A stretch of 44,916 nucleotides of DNA from Octopus bimaculoides (Eukaryota). A program made the position numbers and the translations under genes. The stretch's first letter is position 1. Each line of letters opens with the position of its first letter. The stretch covers positions 29,992,967 to 30,037,882 of the forward strand of contig NC_069004.1 in NCBI RefSeq assembly GCF_001194135.2. The letters are read 5' to 3'. Shown here piece after piece: positions 35,449 through 44,916 of this stretch. The notes under the pieces are model-generated. The model was not told where the DNA came from. It saw only the letters and a program-made list of their open reading frames with translations, and ran no database searches.

Positions 35449-37006
35449 ACGAGCTTCTTTCAGTTTCTGTCTACCAAATCCACTCACAAGGCTTTGGTCA
35501 GTTCAAGGCTTTAGCAGAAGACTCTTGCCCAAGGTGCCACACAGTCGGACTGAACCCAGAACTATGTGGTTGGTAAGCAAGCTACTTACCACACAGCCAC
35601 TTCTGCGCCTAAGTATAACTAATTTATTTCACATAAATTTTAACAGAAAAATCTTGTGAACCCTGGTTGAGATCCACTGATGAAGAATTAGCAAAGCTGA
35701 AGGAACTGAGAGAATGGTATTTCAGACAACACCTTGACAGGTGCATCTCAACCAACAATTCTTTTCATTCAACCTTGGAATTTACCTTCTTCATATCCGA
35801 CAGCTCTGTAAGTTTTTCCGACATCAAAAATATTTACCTGTCCATCTTTGCACAGTACCTGGTGCTTCTTGAATGGAATTTGGTAGATTGGAGGAGTAGT
35901 GGGAATAGGTGTGTTAGTCAGTAGGTTCGTAGTGGACAGGGACAGACAGGTGAATATTGTTGAGAATGATGGAGAAGTTGAGGAAGCAACAGAGGTGTTG
36001 GATATGGTGGAGGTGAATTCCAGAACAGAGTGAAAGGTGATGATGAAAGACATGAACCTATCCAAGCTGTTGTCTGCTATACCATTCCTTCAATTGCTTC
36101 AGGGTCACCAAGTTTGCAGCATGGATTCAGGTTTCAAATTCCTAATTGAGAGAATGTGACATTTGTTTCTACATCAAGGGTACTTTTGATGTACCCTCGA
36201 TCAGTTGCGATACCTACATTTTGTCACCCTCACCTATCTCCACCACCCTCCCAAATCTAGCAAATTCTATACAAGGAGCATTGGTCAATGAAGAATTGTG
36301 GAACAATGACCAATGTGCCAAGTATGTAATGGAATCTTAATTCAGAGGCAAAAAAAATAATAATACTAATAAGGAGTGGCTGTGTGGTAAGTAGCTTGCT
36401 TACCAACCACATGGTCCCGGGTTCATTCCCACTGCGTGGCATCTTGGGCAAGTGTCTTCTACTATAGCCTCGGGCCGACCAAAGCCTTGTGAGTGGATTT
36501 GGTAGACGGAAACTGAAAGAAGCCTGTCGTATATATGTATATATATATGTATGTGTGTATGTGTTTGTATGTCTGTGTTTGTTCCCCCAACATCGCTTGA
36601 CAACCGATGCTGGTGTGTTTATGTCCCCGTAACTTAGCGGTTCAGCAAAAGGGACCGATAGAATAAGTACTAGGCTTCCAAAGAATAAGTCCTGGGGTTG
36701 ATTTGCTCGACTATAGGCAGTGCTCCAGCATGGCCACAGTCAAAAGACTGAAACAAGTAAAAGAGTAAAAGAGTAATAATAATAACAAAATATAAAGAAA
36801 AGACCCAGTTGTTTCCAAACTGAAGTTAACAGAAGTGATAGAGACATCAGGGGAATGCTTACAGTGTCGAGTGCAAGGAAAGTGGATCCTCTGATAGCAA
36901 GAAGTATGGATGGCCATAAGGATTTGAAGTTGTCAGCATGAACATTGATAATTGGCACAGTATAGTCAGGAGAAGTTGATGAATTGTGGTCAGTTGTGGT
37001 TTCCAT
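26074..37006 (-). CDS. TOE1: TOE1 (target of EGR1; CAF1-family DEDD 3' exonuclease/snRNA deadenylase with CCCH zinc finger). Spliced CDS join(37006-36863,35076-35036,34266-33945,32739-32477,31339-31165,26934-26074), 601 aa
   Basis: Six exons of 144+41+322+263+175+861 = 1806 nt, all GT-AG with compatible phases. Motifs: [38 protein letters not shown] (DEDD D/E), [64 protein letters not shown] (CCCH), basic [28 protein letters not shown] (final catalytic H/D). In-frame TAA 12 nt upstream of the ATG. Confidence 0.95.
27027..27295 (+). mobile_element. Family C short interspersed element with a ggaagggcatccagc core and a gttaaacgatgatgat tail
   Basis: Homologues at about 29683-30041 (-), 31600-31875 (+), 34315-34760 (-), 37140-37265 (-) and 37545-37765 (-). 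Each tail ends in (GAT)n. Confidence 0.75.
27362..27912 (-). mobile_element. Family A SINE (contains an N gap)
   Basis: Tail ttacttgtttcagtcatt... to head cttaccacacagccac; CpG-decayed. Confidence 0.8.
29683..30041 (-). mobile_element. Family C element
   Basis: catcattgtttaacatccattttccatgctagcatg...ctggatgcccttcctaatgccaacc...gtgcttttacgtgccacc. Confidence 0.75.
30087..30604. repeat. Nested perfect inverted repeats: 30087-30233/30406-30552 (147 bp) and 30349-30404/30549-30604 (56 bp)
   Basis: Direct base comparison. The ORF track gives identical peptides on opposite strands (30007..30228 - and 30411..30614 +). Confidence 0.9.
31165..31339 (-). CDS. TOE1: TOE1 coding exon 5 (VRDNNKSS...KTACEMFA), carrying the first Cys of the CCCH finger
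   Basis: ccccacAG|T acceptor completes TGT; donor GCC|GTACGT; 175 nt. It is the only stop-free, phase-compatible segment found, and it joins to AHGWC. Confidence 0.85.
31990..32392. mobile_element. Scrambled family A SINE pieces (minus, plus, minus)
   Basis: Head fragments on - flank a 3' module on +. Confidence 0.65.
32477..32739 (-). CDS. TOE1: TOE1 coding exon 4 ([19 protein letters not shown]...VLHNGIIDL...YVFKK)
   Basis: ctctttcAG|GAT acceptor; donor AAA TG|GTGAGA; 263 nt. Confidence 0.93.
32800..33853. repeat. Minisatellite, unit about 26 bp (aaaagcactggtgatggtgccacatt), spanning an N gap in a TOE1 intron
   Basis: Many tandem degenerate units on both sides of the gap; 32870-33030 is near-identical to 33605-33767. 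Confidence 0.9.
33855..33925. repeat. (GGCAG)n pentanucleotide tract about 20 nt into the intron after TOE1 coding exon 3
   Basis: gcaggcagggcagggcagggcaaggcagggcagg... Confidence 0.9.
33945..34266 (-). CDS. TOE1: TOE1 coding exon 3 (CVEERYK...YYRGNDR)
   Basis: tttcAG|A TGT GTC GAA... acceptor; donor GAT AGA|GTAAGT; 322 nt. Confidence 0.93.
34760..35020. repeat. Minisatellite, unit about 28-30 bp (gtgtgacatggatgctgtgttacaatgtca), next to the micro-exon donor
   Basis: About eight degenerate tandem units. Confidence 0.8.
35036..35076 (-). CDS. TOE1: TOE1 coding exon 2, a 41-nt micro-exon ([14 protein letters not shown]); not in the ORF track
   Basis: Minus strand reads ttttctttctacAG|GAG ATG AGT GGC TTA GGG GAC CGA AAA TCT TTA TTA GCC AA|GTAAGT. 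It supplies the catalytic Glu of the DTE motif and bridges phase 0 to phase 2. Confidence 0.93.
35215..35600 (-). mobile_element. Family A SINE
   Basis: Reverse complement of the family A 3' module, microsatellite and head. Confidence 0.8.
35700..36300. mobile_element. Penelope-like (PLE) reverse transcriptase relics: a plus-strand copy interrupted by a minus-strand copy
   Basis: Plus: [32 protein letters not shown] (~35725-35825) and [17 protein letters not shown]...LHQGY (~36075-36185). Minus: [26 protein letters not shown]...[15 protein letters not shown] (~36065-35885). Confidence 0.65.
36373..36774 (+). mobile_element. Full-length tRNA-headed SINE (family A) with an internal (TA)/(TG) microsatellite
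   Basis: Box A-like TGGCTGTGTGG, box B-like GGTTCATTCCC, 3' module ending gaaacaagtaaaagagtaaaagag. Many homologues in the window. Confidence 0.85.
36863..37006 (-). CDS. TOE1: TOE1 coding exon 1 (METTT...FLALDT); the exon begins at acceptor 37029 with 23 nt of 5' UTR
   Basis: ttctacAG acceptor (37031-37030), ATG at 37006, donor ACT|GTAAGC after 36863; phase 0. Confidence 0.93.
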
Positions 37007-38449
37007 TGAAGCAGTTTAATGTGTGGAACCTGTAGAAGAAAAAAAACCGAAAACAACACAAAATGAAAGAACATAGAGATTCACAACAACAAAAGGGAAA
37101 ACAACAATTCCTTTTATGTACATTTTAACCCATGTATATCATCACCATCATCCTTAAACATCTGTTTTCCATGCTGGCATGGGTTGGACGGTTTGACAAG
37201 AGCTGACCAGGCTGCGTGTCTGTTTTGTCTTGGTTTCTACAGCTGGATGACCTTTCTAGTGTACAGCACCATACACACACACACACACACATTAATACAC
37301 GCATGTATAAAAAAAAAATGTATATATATATATAAATACACACATGTACATATCATGAGTTAATGTTCACTTTCCCATGCAGGTGTCTAATAGAATTTAC
37401 CGATGCAGATTTTCTACGACCAGAAACCTTTGCTGTCATCAACCCTCACCTGTCTTCAAGCCAGGCCAGACATGTTTTCACAGAAGATTGGAAATTAAGG
37501 ACATTTAATCTCATGACAATGGCACACCAGTGCACATGATGATGATGATCATCATTATTTAACATGTTTTCCATGCTAGCATAGGTTGGACGGTTCGACT
37601 GGGGTCTGGGAAGCCAGGAGGCTGCACCAGGCTCTAGTCTGATCTGGCAGTGTTTCAACAGCTGGATGCCCTTCCTAACGCCAACCATTCCATGAGTGTA
37701 GTGGGCGCTTTTTACGTGCCACCAGCACAGAGGTCAGAAGAGGCTGGCAACGACCACAATCAGTTGGTGTTTTTTATAGTAGAAGACACTTGCCTAAGGT
37801 ACCACGCAGTGGGACTGAACCCGGAACCATGTGGTTGGTAAGCAAGCTACTTAACACACAGCCATTCCTGCGCCTATATTTTTTTCATATTATTCAAGTC
37901 ATGTCCTTCTGTGACGTTGTTTCAGCGCTACTTCAGATTCACGTTCGAAGAGAGGTAACTCTGCATAAACTATTCATACACTCTTTAAAGCGCTGACACA
38001 AAAGGAGCGCTACTATGGGTTTCACAGGCGTATACAGTCCAACATACCACTGAAACACGCACGTGTATTAGATATACACGCAAGCCGAAGACACACACAC
38101 ATACATAATGCTAGAAATAACCGTAATGATATACGAAATGCTAGAAATAACTACCAATTGCAGCTGTGGTGCTGTAAACAAGTACATGTGTGTGTGTGTT
38201 ATAAATTGTATCGCCCAGCCTGTTAGAAGTAGCAGTAAAATATACGCACAGATATGCATAGACCTCTTGCGTCTGAATAGTTTATGCAGTGTTAATTCTA
38301 ACCTTAGTTCGAAACTGAAGTAACGCCGTTGATTCCATGTGACCAACTCTGTTATGTACCACGAGTCGTTGTTTATGTAGATATTCCAAAACTCTCTCTC
38401 TCTCTCACGCACACATTTATGATGGTAGTTTCTTCCTGTCTGAATATGG

Positions 38450-38625
38450 ATTTCAAATTTTGGCACAAGGCCGGCAAGTTCAGGGATAAGTTGATTACAT
38501 CGACTCCAATACTCAACTGGTACTTATTTTTATCGAAAGGTGGAGTAGACCTCAGCGGTATTTGAACTCAGAGCGTAAAGACGGACGAAATGCCGTAAAG
38601 GCTTTTTCCCGGCGGGCTAACGATC
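38450..38625 (-). mobile_element. Family B SINE. Further copies at about 15665-16275, 23450-23530, 23730-23825, 24245-24590, 39290-39580, 40610-40775 and 43325-43525
   Basis: Same conserved blocks as above. Confidence 0.75.
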
Positions 38626-39434
38626 CTGGTAAAGAGCAGCAAGCCTTCGGATGGTTATGTAAACTGACCCTAGACGAACAAGCTTTTGTGCATTTGGGGT
38701 AAATATGTAGGCTTTGGTCAGATGGGGGTCGTGACGAGGACTCCTTCTTTCTTTGGCATTACAATATATATATAGATAGATAGAAATTCGTTAGAATCTA
38801 GGCGCATCAACACGTAGGACGCCTGAACTGGCTAGGTAAATTCACACTAAGGTAAAACAACCATCAAGTATCATGCGTTGGTAGTACACCGCAGGTATGT
38901 ATAAATCTGAGTATCATATTCCAATATAAACCGCCGATATGAACCAGGGTTGGTTCCAGGCGTGGCATAGGTATTAAACCCCATTTGTGTGTGTATATGT
39001 ATGTATGTATGCTAGACGTTCAAGAATTGTGCACGATTTTCGAAATCGTTACGTCAGCACCAAATGATATCACTGTCCCTTTAATCCTAAGAACGTATAA
39101 GCTTTTGAATTATTTTAGTGTTGCTGTAATCCTTATTCACATCTGACTATTTTAAAAGTCAGTGGACTTTTAAACAGTTAAACGTTTTTAAAAATTATTG
39201 GAAGTTATAAAACATATATTAGCAAAATCAAATAAAAAAAATTAAATAACAACCACATGTTTTAATACTTTTATAATAATAATAATAATAGTTTCAAATT
39301 TTGACACACGACTAGTAATGTTATCGGAGGGATAAGTCGATCATTTCGACCCCAGTACTTGATTGGTATTTTATATTATTGACCCCGGCTGAAAGGCAAA
39401 GTTAACTTCAACAGGATTTGAACTCGGAATGCCA

Positions 39435-39538
39435 GCGGAGGTAAAAAATACGCACACCACTCCTTTTCGGCGCAACCCTAATCCTAATCCTAACACTAAA
39501 TGCCGAAAACGGGTGGTGCGCGTAATCTTTACCTCCGC
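39435..39538. mobile_element. 104-bp MITE-like element with 38-bp imperfect TIRs and a telomere-like core, nested in a family B SINE
   Basis: Arms 39435-39472 and 39501-39538 match at 32/38 positions; the spacer is caaccctaatcctaatcctaacactaaa. Confidence 0.65.
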
Positions 39539-40194
39539 CGAAATACCTCGAAGCATTTTGTCTTATGCACTAACGATTCCACCTGACAGTTTTTGAATAA
39601 AACGCCAACAGTTTTATGGAGGAGGTGGTCGTCCAGTACTTCACTTGGTACTTTATTTTATCGACCCCGAAAGTATGAAAGGCAGAATTCATTAAAATTA
39701 TAGCTTTTATTTTGAAACAAGACCAGAAAATTTGAGGGGAAATAGTTGATACTTTATTTTAAGGAACCAGGAAGGGTAAAAGGCAAAGCTGACCACGGCG
39801 GAATTTGAACTGAAAATGGATCGTTTATAGATTTTCCCCACAAAAGTAATTTTGTGTCCAAATGATGAATACCGCATTCATGTTTTTCGAAAAATTAATA
39901 ATAAACAAGATAGATGCATTTAAATTTATATACTTTTGGCCAATGGAATGAACCGGGGCACTACTTAAATACAGAAGTCCCGAACAGTGCACACTCGTTA
40001 GGGTTAGTTTTTAGAGTTACCTACCCTTTATATCGTTACGTAGATATATCGGGACCGTGAAGCTTTGTCCGTTAGAAAAACACATGGTTGGAAATGGGTA
40101 TCTTTCCACTTTAGAAGTTTAATTTTATTAAAAAACGAAGAAATCTTACTGAACATTTTGTCCAACGATCTAACAACAATTTTTTAAAACTATA

Positions 40195-40602
40195 GCAGGA
40201 GTGGCTATGTGGTAAGTAGCTTGCTTACCAACCACATGGTTATGGGTTCAGTCCCACTGCGTGGAACCTTGGGCAAGTGTCTTCTATTATAGCTTCGGTC
40301 GGCCCGAAGCATTGAGAGTGGATTTGGTAGACGGAAACTGTAAGAAGCCCGTCGCATACATACATGCATACATATGTATGTATGTATATGTTTGTGTCTG
40401 TGTTTGCCCCCCTCCCCCCACATCGTTTGACAACCGATGTTGGTATATTTACGTCCCCGTAACTTAGCGGTTCGGCAAGAGAAGCCGATATAATAAGTAC
40501 TAGGCTTACAAAGAATAAGTCCTGGGGTCGATTTGCTCGACTAAAGGCTGTGCTCCAGCATGGCCGCAGTCACATGACTGAAACAAATAAAAGAATAAAA
40601 GA
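40195..40602 (+). mobile_element. Full-length family A SINE
   Basis: Colinear with 36373-36774; CpGs largely intact. Confidence 0.85.
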
Positions 40603-43600
40603 AAGGACTCAGATAGGCGGGAAAGGAGTTCGTCGATTATATCGATCCCAGTGTTCAATTGTTACTTGAATTTTTATCGACCCTGACAGGATAAGAATCA
40701 AAGTTGACCTTGGCGGGATTTGAACTCAGAACGTAAAGAACCGGACGAAACGCCACTAAGCATTTTGTTCGACGAGTTTATAACANNNNNNNNNNNNNNN
40801 NNNNNNNNNNNNNNNNNNNNNNNNNNNNNNNNNNNNNNNNNNNNNNNNNNNNNNNNNNNNNNNNNNNNNNNNNNNNNNNNNNNNNNNNNNNNNNNNNNNN
40901 NNNNNNNNNNNNNNNNNNNNNNNNNNNNNNNNNNNNNNNNNNNNNNNNNNNNNNNNNNNNNNNNNNNNNNNNNNNNNNNNNNNNNNNNNNNNNNNNNNNN
41001 NNNNNNNNNNNNNNNNNNNNNNNNNNNNNNNNNNNNNNNNNNNNNNNNNNNNNNNNNNNNNNNNNNNNNNNNNNNNNNNNNNNNNNNNNNNNNNNNNNNN
41101 NNNNNNNNNNNNNNNNNNNNNNNNNNNNNNNNNNNNNNNNNNNNNNNNNNNNNNNNNNNNNNNNNNNNNNNNNNNNNNNNNNNNNNNNNNNNNNNNNNNN
41201 NNNNNNNNNNNNNNNNNNNNNNNNNNNNNNNNNNNNNNNNNNNNNNNNNNNNNNNNNNNNNNNNNNNNNNNNNNNNNNNNNNNNNNNNNNNNNNNNNNNN
41301 NNNNNNNNNNNNNNNNNNNNNNNNNNNNNNNNNNNNNNNNNNNNNNNNNNNNNNNNNNNNNNNNNNNNNNNNNNNNNNNNNNNNNNNNNNNNNNNNNNNN
41401 NNNNNNNNNNNNNNNNNNNNNNNNNNNNNNNNNNNNNNNNNNNNNNNNNNNNNNNNNNNNNNNNNNNNNNNNNNNNNNNNNNNNNNNNNNNNNNNNNNNN
41501 NNNNNNNNNNNNNNNNNNNNNNNNNNNNNNNNNNNNNNNNNNNNNNNNNNNNNNNNNNNNNNNNNNNNNNNNNNNNNNNNNNNNNNNNNNNNNNNNNNNN
41601 NNNNNNNNNNNNNNNNNNNNNNNNNNNNNNNNNNNNNNNNNNNNNNNNNNNNNNNNNNNNNNNNNNNNNNNNNNNNNNNNNNNNNNNNNNNNNAGTATTT
41701 TCCTTACGTTAATAAATGACCAAGTCTCAACAGAACTGTCTACGTGCCGATCAAAACTTCCATCAAAAAAATATCTATGTATCGTATGGATTAACAGAAG
41801 TGAAATTTTTGCAAAAAAAAATCAGTAGAAAACATGGTTTTTTGGGGCGGGGAGGGTTCTGCTGTCTTCACACGGACACGAAAGGCCGGTTACCCGGTTT
41901 CCATGGCATTTGAATGACCATAATCACAACATCCTATAGAACGAAATGCGCTAGGAAAAAAAAAATAGATAAAGAAAACTTCCATCACAACCAATTCTGT
42001 ATGTTTTTCCTTCCCTAGAAGATAGTGGGAGCTATTCCGAAATTCGGCCCTTAGCTCCGAGGAAAAAAGATTGAAGTAAATATTCGATGCATCTTCTCCA
42101 CACAGTGGAGAATTTCGCATTATGGTTCTAAAAGTGCAGGATTGGAAAATGAAGGGAATTGGGGTATGTACAAAAGTGGAGTTGGCTAGTTTTGAGTAAA
42201 CGAAACGAATATGTAAATGCTCAAAAGCGAGTTTGTAAATGTTAACGTTATTGTTTCTTGTTTAATTTCTCAAAGGCAGAACTTAATTAATGGAGGTAGC
42301 ATTGTAGAAAATGAGGCATTTCTTATTAAAGAAAAGATATACGAAAAAGTAATTGAAAATTAATAACTCGTTTCAAAAAGTAAACGAAATTATTTTGAAA
42401 GTTAACTGAAGAGACTTAACCGAGTTGTAAATTTGAATTTGTTTTGTGTTTATTTTTTTATACAAAAATGTCTTATTTGCTATGCTGCAACCTTCGTAAG
42501 TTAATTAAATGTTGTTGAAAAATGAAAACACGAACAAATCACAATGACTTTTAATAATTTTTAAGCATTTACATGTGTTTTCGCTATCTCTAAATATCCA
42601 AGTATATTTTTGTACATTCTCAGCTTCACTTTTTTTTTTCAAACCCCCAAAATCCCCCCCCCCACTCCCAAGATCAATGATATCGTTATATTATACAGAA
42701 ATACTGATGTTAGTCGGGAATAGAAGCAAAAAAGCAACATTCCGACTGTGTCTGATATCGTTTACGCCAAAATCTTGATACTATTTACACCTTCGCACTA
42801 AATCTAGTTTCGTATTTCGTTTGACAAAAACTTTCGCTTTATTTTATACATCCGCTTCTTTCACTTTCGCTCCAGATAACTTCATAACCGTTCGATCTAT
42901 TATTACAAATAGCATCTCTGCCAAATAAATAGCTTTTAATAAATTGTAAGATCAAGCCACGTAGTTTCGCCTCTTCTATTTTCTGTATTTGCTTCTTTAA
43001 TTTACAGTTTATATTTGATCATTTTCCTCGGACAATCTCCGAGTTGAGCCACCAAACGAGTACAATAAACAAGATAAACCTGTCATGGCCAAACTACAAT
43101 CTCATGACAATCTGAATGGCACGCCAACGAAAAATTACCTTGAATTTTTTTAGTACTGCAGCCCGTCTGGTGACGAGTCATGTCACATGTGGTCCGCTTC
43201 TCGAAAATAGCTACCCGTAACAAGAATCTTTGTTGTTGGTACCGATTCAAACCACATCTGATAGATTCGCTTTGGGAATAATTGTTTTTCTTGAAAAACT
43301 TGCCACCTTAATAACAGTTCCAGTTTTGGCACAAGACCAGCAAGTTTTAGCGGAGGGACGGGGCGCGCTAGTTCATTATATTGATCTCAGTGTTTCACTG
43401 GTGCTTATTTTATCGACCGGGAAGGATGAAAGGCAAGTCGATTTCTCCGGCATTTAAACTCAAAACGTAAAGATAGATGAAATACCACTAAGCATTTTGT
43501 CCGGCGTGCTAGCGATTCTGCCTGCTGGTCGCATTATTTGTTATCATAATAATAAATAATTAAAATGTCATCATTATAGTCTTCACCTTTCCAGAGAGAA

Positions 43601-44265
43601 TTCTTTCAGAGAATATTCCTTACCGAAGTGACGCTAGAGTAGGATTGGGTGGAGGAACAACCAGAAATGCCTATAAAATAATCTATCTTTTTTACAACAT
43701 TTTGCAGCTTAATTGTATTTTACTCTCTCTAAAATGCATGTCTGGAAAATTTCATTTGTAAAGTTGTAGGAAACAAAATCGAGGGTGGGAGAACACTTCT
43801 GAAATTATGGAGGGAATCTCAATGAACGACAAATACTATAGAATTGTAGATAAAGTCTTCTACAGACGCTAAACAAAAGAACTATCGAAGTAGTGGTCAA
43901 GCACAAAAAGAAAAGAAAATTGTGGTGAGTGATTCGACCATTACCATTTGTTGGGGAAGATTTGGCTACTTTTTCTAACAAGTCAAATGAATATAAAAGT
44001 TGTGTAACTATAATAGGCGGGCGTAAAGAGAAAAAGAAGTGGGAAATGTGGAGAATAGCGGCATAATTTCAAGGAAATGGAGAATGGCATAACTACAGAA
44101 GTGTGTTCTATCGTCAACTTTGTTTCCCTATTATTTGCTTAAAATAATTTTTAAATGAAATTTTCCAGATACATTTAGGACGGAAAGGTTACGATGGTGT
44201 GATGGGAGAAATTAAAGAAAAAAAATTTCTTTCTCTCTTTAGATCCGTCCCCTCATAGTGCAAAT

Positions 44266-44626
44266 TTACTTGCTTCAGGCATTTGACTGCAGCCATGCTG
44301 GAGCACTGCCTTCAGTCGAACAACTTGACCCCAGGACATATCCTTTGTAAGCCTAGTACTTATTCTACCGTTCTCTTTTGCAGAACCGCTAAATTACGAG
44401 GACGTAAACACACCAACATCGGTTGCCAAGCGATAGTGGGAAACAAACACAGACACACACACACATACATATACAACGGGCTTCTTTCAGTTTCCGTCTA
44501 CCGCATCCACTCACAAAACTTTGATCGGCTCGAGGCTATAGTAGAAGACACTTGCCTAAGGTGTCATGCAGTGGGACTGAACGTCGAACCATGTGGTTGG
44601 GAAGCAAACTTCTTACCACACAGCCA
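44266..44626 (-). mobile_element. Full-length family A SINE
   Basis: Reverse complement of the family A sequence from tail to cttaccacacagcc head. Confidence 0.85.
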
Positions 44627-44916
44627 AGAACCACTCTTATATACTTTACTTGTCCTGCTTTCCAAATTTTTCACTCGTTGGTTTACGTATTTAACTCGTT
44701 TGTTCACGTATTTCATAGTGACGTCCTGTACCCATGTGAATATGGTACTTAAGTTTAGGCACCAGAATTTAGTACGGTATTATCCATACAATTTCAAAGT
44801 AAGGTGGATTGCTCTGCATTTTAAATTGATGTAATGATTACATTGTTCAATTAAATGGAGTTACATGAAACGATCGTACTGCATTACCTTTGGATATCCT
44901 TGTTGCTCATTTTGAT

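Noticed and set aside
36373-36450. tRNA-like A/B boxes (also in other SINE heads)
   Set aside because: SINE heads, not tRNA genes: no full cloverleaf, and they continue into the SINE body.
44283-44834. 183-aa ORF
   Set aside because: Mostly the reverse strand of a family A SINE.

Overview
Eukaryotic, gapped, microsatellite-rich genomic DNA. The repeat landscape ((TA)n/(ATT)n/(GAT)n tracts and three abundant tRNA-headed or tailed short interspersed families) suggests an octopus/coleoid cephalopod draft assembly (inference). Two protein-coding genes converge tail-to-tail. (1) The large terminal coding exon (493-2809, +) of a CBARP/BARP-like voltage-gated Ca-channel beta-subunit regulator, recognised by four short conserved motifs embedded in low-complexity sequence. 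(2) A complete six-coding-exon TOE1 gene (CAF1/DEDD deadenylase with a CCCH finger) on the minus strand, 37006->26074. All its splice sites are GT-AG and in phase, giving 1806 nt and 601 aa. The rest is intron or intergenic DNA. It holds SINEs chained through microsatellites, Helentron-type non-autonomous elements, relics of R4/Dong-, RTE-, CR1/L2- and Penelope-like retroelements, minisatellites, a nested perfect palindrome and a tiny MITE with a telomere-like core. Nearly all other ORFs in the track are microsatellite, SINE or N-gap artefacts. No prokaryotic-type system (CRISPR, operon) is present. Family names for protein motifs and repeats are from my recollection of consensus sequences and need database confirmation.
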